Assembly (NCBI GenBank): GCA_937895955.1
Contig: CALAZI010000029.1
Span: forward strand, 4,099 to 68,098
DNA length: 64,000 nucleotides
Reading direction: 5' to 3'
DNA from: an uncultured Alphaproteobacteria bacterium
Lineage (GTDB): Bacteria; Pseudomonadota; Alphaproteobacteria; Caulobacterales; Parvularculaceae
Shown: positions 18,696 through 28,877 of the stretch, one piece after another
How positions within the stretch are numbered: the stretch's first letter is position 1
How the letters are laid out: the number at the start of each line of letters is the position of its first letter
Position numbers and translations under genes: made by a program
Notes under the pieces: model-generated
Told to the model about the DNA's origin: nothing
Seen by the model: only the letters and a program-made list of their open reading frames with translations
Databases searched by the model: none

Positions 18696-19483
18696 CTCGC
18701 AGCGAGTGTTTGAAGATCCGTCCAGGCAAGACGCTTTTGCGCCGGTTGGCGCAACAAAAAGGCGGGATGGAAAACCGGGAGAGCGGGAAAAGCCGCGCCG
18801 GAGGCGAGCGTCACGTCGCGCCAGGCGCCGCGCGCCCGCATGATGCCGCTTGCGCCGATCATCGCCTGCGTCGGCACGCCGCCGGCCAGCATGATCGCCG
18901 CCGGCTGCGTCAATTCGATCAACCGTTCGACAAAGGGCCGGCAGGCGGCGATCTCCGCCTGGGTCGGCGCGCGGTTGCCTGGCGGGCGCCAGTAGACGAC
19001 GTTCGAGATCAGCGTGTCGGTCGCGCGCGAACGGCCGATCGCGGCGAGCATCTTGTCAAGCAACTGCCCGGCGCGCCCGACAAAAGGCTTGCCGAGTGCG
19101 TCTTCATCGCGCCCCGGCGCCTCGCCGATGACGAGAAGACGCGCGCCCGGAACGCCGTCTGAAAAGACGGTGTTGCGCGCGCCGGCTTTCAGGGGACAGC
19201 CCTCAAAGGCGGCGACGGCGGCGGCGAGTTCGTCGTGACTGTTGCAGGCGGCGGCCGCCGCCGCGGCGAGCGCGATCGCCTCATCCGCGCTCGGCTGCGC
19301 GGGGCGCGCGATATGGGTGACGCTGGCCGCTGCAGTTCGCGCCGGCGTCGCCGGCTTGACGGACGCCGCCGGCTGAAACCGATCGACGGGTTCGGCGTCG
19401 ACAGCCTCGTCGACGCCGGCGTCGACATACCAGCGCAACAGCGCGCGCGCAGCGTCCGATCGGTCAAATTCCTGCATCGACAC
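18680..19483 (-). CDS. Uracil-DNA glycosylase, family 4
   Basis: GEAPGRDED, PFVGRAG, RPPGNRAP, FHPAFLLR. Confidence 0.9.
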   Translation of the reverse strand: MSMQEFDRSDAARALLRWYVDAGVDEAVDAEPVDRFQPAASVKPATPARTAAASVTHIARPAQPSADEAIALAAAAAAACNSHDELAAAVAAFEGCPLKAGARNTVFSDGVPGARLLVIGEAPGRDEDALGKPFVGRAGQLLDKMLAAIGRSRATDTLISNVVYWRPPGNRAPTQAEIAACRPFVERLIELTQPAAIMLAGGVPTQAMIGASGIMRARGAWRDVTLASGAAFPALPVFHPAFLLRQPAQKRLAWTDLQTLAARLRDA

Positions 19484-19508
19484 TAGGCATCACAAGCGCG
19501 GGCGAAGG

Positions 19509-20147
19509 TCAAACGCTGACGGCGAAAAGGCATTGCGCCGCATAGTATAAGGGCAAACCCCAGAGGCGATTGAGAAAATTCTCCGCGCCGAAGCGGTCGC
19601 GCGCGACGGAGAGGTCCGAAAGGGCGAATGCGGCTGCGGCGATTGCGAGGCGAAGACTTCGCCCGTCAGGCTCCGCCGCCCAATGACCGAAGCTCGCCGC
19701 GACCATCAGACTGATAATGACGCAATAGGCGATGACGGGCGCGCGAAAGCTTCCAAGCCCGCCCCACAGCGATTTCAGGACAAACAGGGACAGCGCGCCG
19801 CCGGCGGCGAGACCTGCGACGGCCGCCGGCCCGACCGAAAGGCCGCCATGCGCGAAAGCCGCGATATAGGCGCCGTGCCCGGCCGCGAAGGCGCCCATGC
19901 CGGCGAGGAAGGCCGGGGCGGCTCTCGACAACAGCAGGACGTCGCCGAGCGCGCAAAGAAAAAGACCGGCGAGAATGATCGATCCGAAAGCCGTCTCCAA
20001 AGCGCCCGCAGCGATCGCCGCCAGAATGAACGCAAGCGAGGCGAGCGGCTTGAACAGGCGCTTCCTCGCCGCGTCCTCCCTGCGCTCGGCGTGCAAGAGG
20101 CCGGCGACGGACGCCCCGCAAAGAAAAAGAAAAAAGGCTGGATTCAT
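19509..20147 (-). CDS. YhhN family lysoplasmalogenase-like membrane protein
   Basis: LFKPLA, LGDVLL, AFAAGHGAY, FALSDL, LYYAAQ; probable ATG at 20147. Confidence 0.8.
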   Translation of the reverse strand: MNPAFFLFLCGASVAGLLHAERREDAARKRLFKPLASLAFILAAIAAGALETAFGSIILAGLFLCALGDVLLLSRAAPAFLAGMGAFAAGHGAYIAAFAHGGLSVGPAAVAGLAAGGALSLFVLKSLWGGLGSFRAPVIAYCVIISLMVAASFGHWAAEPDGRSLRLAIAAAAFALSDLSVARDRFGAENFLNRLWGLPLYYAAQCLFAVSV

Positions 20148-20285
20148 GGAGTTTTCGGCTGGCGGCGCGGTTCGGCGAAAGGCTTCGGCTTGGCGGCGTG
20201 GCATTTGGCCCTGAATTTTGCCAAAAGCAAACGCTCAACTCCGCCGGGCGCAGCGCAGGCTGCGGATTCAATGAGGATTTAAGGG

Positions 20286-21965
20286 ATGGCTGACGACGCG
20301 CCGCAACGCGAAAGCATGGAGTTCGACATCGTGATCGTCGGCGCGGGTCCCGCAGGTCTTTCGGCCGCCATGCGCCTAAAGGAGCGCGCCGCGGAAGCTG
20401 GAAGCGATCTTTCCGTCGTCGTCGTCGAAAAAGGATCGGAAGTCGGCGCGCATATTCTGTCCGGCGCCGTCCTCGACCCCTCCGGCCTTGATGCGCTGAT
20501 CCCGGACTGGCGCGGCAAAGGCGCGCCGGCGACGGTCGAGGTGACGTCGGAAAGCTTCAAGCTGCTGGGGCCTTCCGGCTCCATCCCGCTGCCCGTCTTC
20601 GCGATGCCGCCGATGGTCAAAAATCACGGCAACTACATCGTCTCGATGGGCAATCTCTGCCGCTGGCTCGCCGAGCAGGCCGAAAGCCTCGGCGTCGACA
20701 TTTATCCTGGCATGGCGGCGTCGAAGCTTCTTTATCGGGATGACGGATCGGTCAGGGGCGTCGTCGTCGGCGAGGTCGGCGTCGGCAAGGACGGTCAGCG
20801 AACGGATCATTATGAGCCGGGAATGGAGCTTTGCGGCAAATATGTTCTGATCGCCGAAGGCGCGCGCGGCTCGCTCGCCAAGCAATTGGTCGAAAAATTC
20901 GATCTTGATGCGGGACGCGATCCGCAGAAATACGGCATCGGCCTGAAAGAGCTCTGGGAAATCGCGCCCGAAAAATCCCGGCCCGGCCATATTCAGCATA
21001 CGTTCGGCTGGCCGCTCGACAATCAAACCGGCGGCGGGTCGTTCCTGTATCATTACGACGACAACACGATCGCGCTCGGTTTCGTCGTGCACCTTAACTA
21101 CAAAAACCCTTATATCTATCCGTATGCGGAATTCCAGAAATTCAAGACGCATCCGGAAATCGCCGAGCTTCTCGAGGGCGGCAAGCGCATCGCCTACGGC
21201 GCGCGCGCGATCACCGAAGGCGGCTATCAGTCGGTGCCCAAACTCGCCTTTCCGGGCGGCGCGCTGATCGGCTGCTCGGCGGGCTTCGTCAACGTGCCGC
21301 GCATCAAGGGCAATCATAACGCCATGCTGACCGGCATGATGGCGGCGGACGCCGCTTTCGACGCCGTCGCCGCCGGGAGAGAAGGCGACATTCTCGACGC
21401 TTATGAGGCGGCCTATGACGCCTCGCCGGTCAAACGCGAGCTTAAAAAAGCGCGCAACGCCAAGCCCTTATGGTCGAAATTCGGGACGCTTGTCGGCGGG
21501 ATCGCGCTTTCAGGGCTTGATCTGTGGACCAACACGGTCGTTCCCGGCTTTTCGATTTTCGGCACGCTGAAACACGGCAAGACCGACGCCGCGGCGACAG
21601 AGCCCGCCGCGAAATTCAAGCCGATCGATTATCCGCGGCCCGACGGCGCGCTCACCTTCGACCGGCTCACCAATGTTTCATTTTCGGCCGTCAATCACGA
21701 GGAAAACCAGCCCGCGCATCTCAAGCTTAAGGACCCGTCAATCCCGATCGCGGTAAACCTGCCGCAATACGCCGAACCGGCGCAGCGCTATTGCCCGGCC
21801 GGCGTTTACGAAATCCTGACCGAGGAAGGCGGGACCGATCCGAAGTTTCAGATCAACGCGCAAAACTGCGTCCACTGCAAAACCTGCGACATCAAGGATC
21901 CTTCGCAGAACATCGTGTGGACGACGCCGGAAGGCGGCGGCGGCCCCAACTACCCGAACATGTAA
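20286..21965 (+). CDS. etfD: Electron transfer flavoprotein-ubiquinone oxidoreductase
   Basis: GAGPAGL FAD motif, EVGAHILSGA, YCPAGVYE and NCVHCKTCDIKDP [4Fe-4S] motifs. Confidence 0.95.
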   Translation: MADDAPQRESMEFDIVIVGAGPAGLSAAMRLKERAAEAGSDLSVVVVEKGSEVGAHILSGAVLDPSGLDALIPDWRGKGAPATVEVTSESFKLLGPSGSIPLPVFAMPPMVKNHGNYIVSMGNLCRWLAEQAESLGVDIYPGMAASKLLYRDDGSVRGVVVGEVGVGKDGQRTDHYEPGMELCGKYVLIAEGARGSLAKQLVEKFDLDAGRDPQKYGIGLKELWEIAPEKSRPGHIQHTFGWPLDNQTGGGSFLYHYDDNTIALGFVVHLNYKNPYIYPYAEFQKFKTHPEIAELLEGGKRIAYGARAITEGGYQSVPKLAFPGGALIGCSAGFVNVPRIKGNHNAMLTGMMAADAAFDAVAAGREGDILDAYEAAYDASPVKRELKKARNAKPLWSKFGTLVGGIALSGLDLWTNTVVPGFSIFGTLKHGKTDAAATEPAAKFKPIDYPRPDGALTFDRLTNVSFSAVNHEENQPAHLKLKDPSIPIAVNLPQYAEPAQRYCPAGVYEILTEEGGTDPKFQINAQNCVHCKTCDIKDPSQNIVWTTPEGGGGPNYPNM

Positions 21966-21987
21966 GCGTAATGCGAGGAACGGCGTT

Positions 21988-23706
21988 TTGAAGATTGGAA
22001 GATGCATCGCGGCGATCGGCGCCCTTGTGGCGCTCACCTCGTGCGCGACGGCGCAGACGCCGTCGACGAGCGCAGGCGAGTATTTGTCGGGACGTCTCGC
22101 CGCCGGACTGAACGATATCGACGCTGCGGCGCGCAGTTACGGCGCGGCCGTCGCCGCCAATCCGGACGATATCGACATCGTCAGGAGCGCGTTTCTTTTT
22201 TACGTCGCCGCCGGCGAGATAGAAGCTTCCGCGCCTTACGCGCGCACGCTTATCGCTGCCGGCGAGGATAAGGGGCTTGCCTCGCTGACGCTCGCCCTGA
22301 TCGATCTGAAACATGGCGATCTTCACGCTGCGCGCGACCGGGCGAAAGGCGAATTCGCCGAGCCGCTGGCGAATTCGGCAGCGTTCATCGCCGGCGCGTG
22401 GATCGAGGCGGAGATTGCGGGACCGGCGGCGGGCGTTTCCGCGTTCGATCTCGGCAAGGATGTCTTCACCGGCTTCAATCCGACCTTCAAGGCGATGCTG
22501 CTTGAGGAAAGGGGAGACATCGAAACCGCCGGCGCCGCGCATCAGATTTCCGTCGCTTCTTTCGGCGGGCCGATCGGGCGCGCCGCTTACGGCGCCTTTC
22601 TCGAGCGTCACGGCGAAGAGGGCGCTGCGCGCGATTATTATCTGCAGCTCAAGAAAGAAGGCGGCGCATCGCGCCGGCTTGCGCTCGCCGGCCTTGCGCG
22701 CCTCGAAAAAGGACGGCCGTCGACGGAATTCACGAATGTCGCCGCGCGCGATGGCGTCGCCATGGCGCTTTATCTTTTCGCCGGCAATCTCATCCAGCAA
22801 TCGGCTGAAGAAATGCAGCGCGCGAGCGAAGCCGGTTTCCGGATAACCGAACGCCCGTTCAACCTGCCGCTCGCGCTTTCCGAACTCGCCGTCTATCTCG
22901 ATCCCGATCTCGCCGATGCGCGCCGGCTGATCGGCTCGATCCACAACATTTACGGCAATTACGATGCGGCCAGGGCGGCTTTCGCGGCGGTCAAGCCTTC
23001 ATCGGCGCAATTTGAACAGGCGCAGATTGAAATCGCCAACAGCCTCGCCGCCGAAGACAAGATCGATGCGGCGATCGCGACGCTGAAATCGGCAGTGCGC
23101 CGCGACCGCGACGCGGAAGACGCGCGCTTGACGCTCGCCGGCTATTACGCCGCCGACAATCGTCATGATGAAGCGGTGAAAGAGGCGAGCCGCGCGATCG
23201 CCCGGCTGGAAGAGCCGCCGCCGGTCGACGCTTGGCGCCATTACATCACGCGCGCGGCGTCGCTGCTTGAGCTTGACCGGTTCGACGATGCGGAACGCGA
23301 TCTCAAAAAAGCGGTTGAAATCGCACCCGAAGAGCCGGTCGCGCTCAATTATCTCGGATATTCCTGGGCCGAGCGCGGGATCAATCTCGACGAAGCGTTC
23401 AGCCTCATTGAAAAAGCCGTGGCGCTGAGACCGCAATCGGGCGCCATTATCGACAGCCTCGGCTGGGCGCATTATCAGCGCGGCGAGTTCGAGGAGGCCT
23501 TGCCGCATCTTGAAAAGGCGGCCGCGCTGGAGCCCGCCGACCCGACGGTGACGGACCATCTCGGCGACGTTTATTGGCGGCTCGGCCGCAAAACCGAAGC
23601 GCGGTTTCAATGGGAGCGCGCGCTTGAACTCGATCCGAAGGATCAGGCGCGCGCACTGATCGAGAAAAAGCTGGAGTCGGGTCTCGACCCTGTCGCGCCG
23701 CAATGA
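21988..23706 (+). CDS. TPR-repeat periplasmic protein or lipoprotein
   Basis: Lipobox-like LTSC; ALNYLGYSWA, IIDSLGWAHY, DHLGDVYWRLG TPR motifs; usual position upstream of ispE. Confidence 0.85.
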   Translation: MKIGRCIAAIGALVALTSCATAQTPSTSAGEYLSGRLAAGLNDIDAAARSYGAAVAANPDDIDIVRSAFLFYVAAGEIEASAPYARTLIAAGEDKGLASLTLALIDLKHGDLHAARDRAKGEFAEPLANSAAFIAGAWIEAEIAGPAAGVSAFDLGKDVFTGFNPTFKAMLLEERGDIETAGAAHQISVASFGGPIGRAAYGAFLERHGEEGAARDYYLQLKKEGGASRRLALAGLARLEKGRPSTEFTNVAARDGVAMALYLFAGNLIQQSAEEMQRASEAGFRITERPFNLPLALSELAVYLDPDLADARRLIGSIHNIYGNYDAARAAFAAVKPSSAQFEQAQIEIANSLAAEDKIDAAIATLKSAVRRDRDAEDARLTLAGYYAADNRHDEAVKEASRAIARLEEPPPVDAWRHYITRAASLLELDRFDDAERDLKKAVEIAPEEPVALNYLGYSWAERGINLDEAFSLIEKAVALRPQSGAIIDSLGWAHYQRGEFEEALPHLEKAAALEPADPTVTDHLGDVYWRLGRKTEARFQWERALELDPKDQARALIEKKLESGLDPVAPQ

Positions 23707-24596
23707 TCCGTGAAATCGCGCCGGCGAAAATCAATCTCTATCTCCATGTCGGACCGCTGCGCCCGGACAGGCTGCATGCGCTTGAAAGCCTTTTCGTGTT
23801 TGCGGACGCCGGCGATGCGGTCGAGGTTGCGCCGGCGGACGACCTCTCTCTAAGCATGTCGGGGCCGTTTGCGGCTCCGCTCTGCGCCGAACCGGTCGAG
23901 CGAAATCTGGTCATGCGCGCCGCGCGGCTTTTGAAGGCCGAGGCCGGGGTCAGCGCGGGCGCGGCGTTGTCGCTCGACAAACGTCTTCCTGTCGCCGCCG
24001 GGATCGGCGGCGGATCGTCGGACGCGGCCGCCGCGCTGCGCGCCCTGATCCGGTTGTGGAAAATCGATATTCCGGCCGCCGACCTGCGCCGGCTGGCTTT
24101 CCGCCTCGGCGCCGATGTGCCGGCCTGTCTCGCCCGCCGGCCGGTTTGGGTCGGCGGCGCGGGCGAAATCCTCGCGGCCTCGCCTACCCTGCCGCCGCTC
24201 TGGGTCTGCCTCGCCAATCCTGGCGTCGCCAGCCCGACAGGGCCTGTTTTCCGCGCCTTTGACGCCGCCAATCCGGCCCCGGACGCCCCGCAAAGGCCGT
24301 CGATCCGCGGCGCGGGGTACCGGCGGGTCACATCGCTGATGGAAAATTCCCGCAATGACCTTCAGCCGATTGCCATCGCCGGCGAACCTGTGATCCAAGC
24401 GGTGATCGAACGCCTTGCGGCGCGCTCCGGCGCGCTTGCTGCGCGCATGTCGGGCAGCGGCGCCACGGCGTTCGGTCTTTTTTCTTCGGCCGACGCCGCT
24501 CGGCGGGCCGCGCGGGAGATGAACGGGCGAGGCTGGTGGTCGATGAGCGCGAAACTGAGCGCCGCCGATCCGTCGGAACGGTGTGCTGAATGCTGA
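23703..24596 (+). CDS. ispE: 4-diphosphocytidyl-2-C-methyl-D-erythritol kinase
   Basis: APAKINLYL, KRLPVAAGIGGGSSDAAA, RMSGSGAT. Confidence 0.95.
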   Translation: MIREIAPAKINLYLHVGPLRPDRLHALESLFVFADAGDAVEVAPADDLSLSMSGPFAAPLCAEPVERNLVMRAARLLKAEAGVSAGAALSLDKRLPVAAGIGGGSSDAAAALRALIRLWKIDIPAADLRRLAFRLGADVPACLARRPVWVGGAGEILAASPTLPPLWVCLANPGVASPTGPVFRAFDAANPAPDAPQRPSIRGAGYRRVTSLMENSRNDLQPIAIAGEPVIQAVIERLAARSGALAARMSGSGATAFGLFSSADAARRAAREMNGRGWWSMSAKLSAADPSERCAEC

Positions 24597-25702
24597 TGGC
24601 GTTGGCGGCGATGATCCTGGCGGCGGCTGCGGTTGCGGGCGTTGTCGCCTATGGCGCGGCGAAGTTTTTCGCCGCCCGCAGCTTTCTCCAGGATCGCCCG
24701 AACGGCCGTTCAAGCCACCGCGCCGTGACGCCTCGCGCCGGCGGGATCGCCATTTTCGCGGGCTTTGCTGTAGCGACCGTCCTGTTCACCCTCTTTCTGG
24801 CGGTCTACGGCCATCAGGATACGAGCGCTTTTCTGAAGTTCTTCGTTTTGGCGTTCCTCGCCTTTGCGTTCGGCGCGCTTGACGACGCGCGAACGTTCAG
24901 CGCGCGGATAAAGCTGCTTGCGCAGGTTGCGATCGCCGCCGGCTTTGTCGCCGCTTTCGGCGCCGTTCAAACGCTGCCGGCGCCGTTTGTCGGCGCCGTC
25001 GATCTTGGCGCGGCGGCGTTTCCGCTCACCGTTTTCTGGATCGTCGCTTTCATGAACGTCTTTAACTTCATGGACGGCATCAACGGCATCGCCGCGTCCT
25101 GCGCGCTCTTCGTTCTTTCGGCGCTGGCCGTCGTTGCGGCGGGAGAGGCCGCTTCCTTTGCGCCGCCGGCGCTCTTTCTCGCCTGCGCGCTGTTCGGATT
25201 CCTGCCGCTCAATCTTCCGCACGGACGCATTTTCATGGGCGACGGCGGCAGCCAGTTCGTCGGCTTTTCCATCGCGGCGCTCGCCGTTCTGACCGCCAAG
25301 CAAGGCGGCGTTTCGCCGATGTTCACGCCGATCGCCTTTCTTCCTTTCATCTTCGACGTCGCCTTCACGCTCATTCATCGCGCGCGGCGCGGCCGAAACG
25401 TTTTCGCCGCCCATAACGAACATCTTTACCAGCTGCTTGTCCGGCTTGGCGGCGCGCATGAAACGGTGACGACGCTTTATCTGACGCTGATCGTCATTTC
25501 GACGACGACGGCGCTTGTCGCCAACACATTCGGCGCTGCGTTCCAATACGCCGCCGCTCTGGCGCTGACGCTCGCCTTCCTTGCGCCGGCGCTGATCATT
25601 TACGCCCGCGCGTCGAAAGCGGGTCTCTTCGCGGGTGCAGCCGAAAAGGCGCGCGCGGAGCCCGCGGTCGAGGACGCCGCATTCCGCACGGCTGCGGAAT
25701 AG
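24590..25702 (+). CDS. Polyprenyl-phosphate HexNAc-1-P transferase (MraY/WecA family)
   Basis: RSSHRAVTPRAGG, GALDD, NVFNFMDGING, IFMGDGGS, AHNEHLYQ. Confidence 0.85.
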   Translation: MLMALAAMILAAAAVAGVVAYGAAKFFAARSFLQDRPNGRSSHRAVTPRAGGIAIFAGFAVATVLFTLFLAVYGHQDTSAFLKFFVLAFLAFAFGALDDARTFSARIKLLAQVAIAAGFVAAFGAVQTLPAPFVGAVDLGAAAFPLTVFWIVAFMNVFNFMDGINGIAASCALFVLSALAVVAAGEAASFAPPALFLACALFGFLPLNLPHGRIFMGDGGSQFVGFSIAALAVLTAKQGGVSPMFTPIAFLPFIFDVAFTLIHRARRGRNVFAAHNEHLYQLLVRLGGAHETVTTLYLTLIVISTTTALVANTFGAAFQYAAALALTLAFLAPALIIYARASKAGLFAGAAEKARAEPAVEDAAFRTAAE

Positions 25703-25711
25703 ATCGAAAAA

Positions 25712-26764
25712 TTACGAAATGCGCGAGGCTGAGCTGATCGCGAGGTCGGCGAGCGCGCGCGTATAGGCGTTCTGCGGCGCGCGGGCGAGATCGTCGACGG
25801 CCCGCGCGGCGTAGCGCTTGGCGCAGGCGATCGTGTCGTCAAGCGCTCTCGTCGCAACGATGAGCTTTCGCGCCTGATCGAAATCGCCGTCTTTCTGCCG
25901 GCCTTCCGCAATCGTGCGCCGCCAGAAATCGCGATCGGCGCCGGATGCGCGATCAAACGCATAGACGACAGGCAGCGTCATTTTTCCCTCGCGGAAATCG
26001 TCGCCGACCGTTTTGCCGAGCGCGTTTTCGCGCCCTGAATAATCGAGCGCGTCGTCGATCAGCTGATAGGCGATGCCGAGATTGCGGCCGAAGGAGCGCA
26101 AGGCTTCCTCGCTGTCCGCATCGGCGCCCGCGATCACCGCGCCGGCTTGCGCGGCCGCGGCGAAGAGCGCCGCCGTTTTCGATTCGACGACGGCGAGATA
26201 CATCTCGAAGGTCGCTTCGAGGTTCTTCTGCGTTGCGAGTTGCAAAACTTCGCCTTCGGCGATGACCCCGGCGGCGCGCGACAAGATTTCCAGAACGCGC
26301 AGATCGCCTGCGGCGACCATCAGTTCGAACGCCTGCGAAAACAGGAAGTCGCCGACAAGGACGCTTTCCTTGTTGCCCCAGATGACGTTGGCCGTCGATG
26401 CGCCGCGTCGCAGCGAGGAATCGTCGACGACGTCGTCATGCAGAAGCGTCGCGCCATGAATGAGTTCGACCGCGGCGGCGAGGCTGATATGATGATCGTT
26501 CCGGCAGTCGAACATCCGCGCCGTCGACAGGGTCAGAAGCGGGCGCAGGCGCTTGCCGCCGGCGTTGATCAGATGCCCGCCGATCTCGGCGATCATCGGG
26601 CTCTGCGATTTCAGCGCCATCAGGATCGTCGCGTTGACGTCGTTGAGATCGGACGCGCACAGGAATTTCAAATCGCCGACAAGGGCGGAGAAATCGCGCA
26701 TCTCGCCGTCTGCGCTCGTTTTGGAGGGACGGGCGGGCGATAGGGATGTGACGGCTAAATCCAC
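25712..26764 (-). CDS. ispB: Long-chain trans-polyprenyl diphosphate synthase
   Basis: GGKRLRP, LLHDDVVD, FQ-like YQLIDDALD, GDDFREGKMTLP; start uncertain (GTG 26764 or ORF 26824). Confidence 0.92.
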   Translation of the reverse strand: MDLAVTSLSPARPSKTSADGEMRDFSALVGDLKFLCASDLNDVNATILMALKSQSPMIAEIGGHLINAGGKRLRPLLTLSTARMFDCRNDHHISLAAAVELIHGATLLHDDVVDDSSLRRGASTANVIWGNKESVLVGDFLFSQAFELMVAAGDLRVLEILSRAAGVIAEGEVLQLATQKNLEATFEMYLAVVESKTAALFAAAAQAGAVIAGADADSEEALRSFGRNLGIAYQLIDDALDYSGRENALGKTVGDDFREGKMTLPVVYAFDRASGADRDFWRRTIAEGRQKDGDFDQARKLIVATRALDDTIACAKRYAARAVDDLARAPQNAYTRALADLAISSASRIS

Positions 26765-27033
26765 TGAAATCCGAAAGAGCTTAATTTCGCCTCGGAGATT
26801 GGGCTTGGCGGATCGCCGGGTCAAGGCGCGCGGTTGCGGCCTATTGGGCCGATCGCGCCGACCTGAAACAAATCACGAATGATTGAAGGGCGCGATGGAG
26901 CGGTTCAGATGCGCGCCAGGGCGTTGGCGCGGCGCGCGCCATTGATTGATCGAGCGTGGGATCGCCGATAAACTGCCGCTGACGCGCAATTTGGCGCGCC
27001 TCCCGTGTCGGGGCGCGCCGGAAAAGGATGGCG

Positions 27034-27228
27034 ATGAATACGACTGCTGGGATTGTCGCCGGACTTCTTGTCGCGGGCGCCGCCGTGACCGTTTACCGTT
27101 TCGCGCGGCGCCAGGCGGATCAGATCCGTGCGGCGATCGATGAATTTCGCGGCGCCGGTTCCGGCCGGGGCGCCGTCATCGAATTTGAAAAAGACCCTGA
27201 GACGGGCGTTTACCGCCGGCGGGGCTGA
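27034..27228 (+). CDS. Small membrane-anchored hypothetical protein
   Basis: N-terminal hydrophobic helix, C-terminal EFEKDPETGVYR; AAGGA RBS. Confidence 0.6.
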   Translation: MNTTAGIVAGLLVAGAAVTVYRFARRQADQIRAAIDEFRGAGSGRGAVIEFEKDPETGVYRRRG

Positions 27229-27363
27229 CCGGCCGAAAACACCATCGCGCGCCTGTGCGATTGCGATCCTGGTCGACAGGCGCAAGGCGCGTTCGCGCGG
27301 CGGCAAATCCCGACTATAGTCCCTCCATCGACCGGCGCCGCCGGTCTTCGACCGGAACGGACG

Positions 27364-27855
27364 ATGGCGGAACGGCTCGCCTTTATCGATTTCGAAGCCT
27401 CCGGGCTCGGCGCGCGTTCCTGGCCGATCGAGGTCGGCTGGGCGTTTGAGGACGGCGCCGGCGAATCGTTTCTGGTCAGCCCGGCGCCTGAATGGTCGCT
27501 GGACGATTGGGATCCGCGCGCCGAAAAGCTGCATGGCGTTTCGCTCAAAATGCTGAGCGATCTCGGCGTCAGCGCCGAAACGGCCTGCGACCGCGTTTCC
27601 GCGGCGCTCGCCGGCTGCGCCGTCTATTCCGACGCGCCCGACTGGGACTCGTTCTGGATGATGCGCCTCTTCGACGCGGCGGCGCGCAAGAGCGCGATCC
27701 GCATCCGCGATTTTTCAACGCTGATGGCGCCCCTGGCGCCGGAAAAAAAAGCGCAATTGCTGTCGCAAGCCGATCGCCAGGCGCCGCGTCGACATCGGGC
27801 GGGCGAGGATGCGCTGCATCTCGTCGCCGTTTTCCGTCTTTCAAAAGATCTTTGA
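27364..27855 (+). CDS. Stand-alone DEDDh (DnaQ-like) 3'-5' exonuclease
   Basis: IDFEASG (ExoI), SDAPDWD (ExoII), HRAGEDA (ExoIII). Confidence 0.72.
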   Translation: MAERLAFIDFEASGLGARSWPIEVGWAFEDGAGESFLVSPAPEWSLDDWDPRAEKLHGVSLKMLSDLGVSAETACDRVSAALAGCAVYSDAPDWDSFWMMRLFDAAARKSAIRIRDFSTLMAPLAPEKKAQLLSQADRQAPRRHRAGEDALHLVAVFRLSKDL

Positions 27856-27871
27856 ACCGGACGCGCGCTTG

Positions 27872-28753
27872 ATGTCACTCGCCGCAGATGAAGCTGTCGA
27901 CCGGATGTTCGCGCCGCTCAGCGACGGCGAGATCGCCCTTCGCCGCTTCGGCGCGGCGGGCGCGCCGCGACTTCTGTTCGCTCACGCCAACGGATTTTGC
28001 GCCTCCGCCTATCGCCGGATGTTTGAGGCGATGGGCGATGCGTTTGACATTTTCGCGGTCGATTTGCGCGGGCACGGACGATCGCGTTTGCACGCCGATC
28101 CGGCGGCGCATAGCGATATGCGCGTTTATGCGCGCGATATCGCCGAGCTTCTTGATGCGCTCGGCGGAGAAGCGGCGGGCCCCTGGACGCTCGCCGGCCA
28201 TTCGCTCGGCGCCGTCAGCGTGACGCTCGCATCGGTCGGGCGGCGCGACGTCGCCGCGCTGCGGCTCATTGAACCGGTTGCGACGCCTTACTGGTTTACG
28301 TTCGCCGCGCGCACGCCGCTCTGGCCGTTCCTGGCGGCGCAGCTTCCTCTGGTCAAAGGCGCGCGCGGGCGGCGCGGGCATTTTCCGGACAGGGATTTCG
28401 TTCGCCGACGCTACGCCTCGAAATCGCTGTTCGCGGGCTGGGCCGACGGCGTTCTCGACGACTATCTCGAGGACGGTCTTTATGAAACGCAGGACGGCGT
28501 CGCGCTTTCCTGCTCTCCGGCCTGGGAAGCGGCGAGCTTTTCCGGCCACGGCCATGATTTCTGGGCGGCGGTCAGACAGGCGCCGGCCCCGATCTCGGTC
28601 CTGGCGGCCCGCCATCCCTCGACGACAACCCGGCCTTTCGCTCTGAGGCGGCTCCAAAAGGCGGGGGCGAAGATCGTCATGGTTGACGGGCTGACGCATC
28701 TGGCGCCCTTCGAGGACCCGGCGCGCGCCGCGCGGTTTTTGCTCGGCGACTAG
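27872..28753 (+). CDS. Alpha/beta hydrolase
   Basis: FAHANGF, DLRGHGRS, GHSLG nucleophile, THLAPFE. Confidence 0.85.
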   Translation: MSLAADEAVDRMFAPLSDGEIALRRFGAAGAPRLLFAHANGFCASAYRRMFEAMGDAFDIFAVDLRGHGRSRLHADPAAHSDMRVYARDIAELLDALGGEAAGPWTLAGHSLGAVSVTLASVGRRDVAALRLIEPVATPYWFTFAARTPLWPFLAAQLPLVKGARGRRGHFPDRDFVRRRYASKSLFAGWADGVLDDYLEDGLYETQDGVALSCSPAWEAASFSGHGHDFWAAVRQAPAPISVLAARHPSTTTRPFALRRLQKAGAKIVMVDGLTHLAPFEDPARAARFLLGD

Positions 28754-28877
28754 GATCGCCAAACCGGCCTTGGAGCGCGGCGCTCTTTTTGCTAAGGCCT
28801 TCCGCGAGTTAGCCGCCGCCAAGGCGGCGCGCGGCCGCTTTCGGGCGTCGCTGCATCATTTGAGTAGGGAAGAATCC

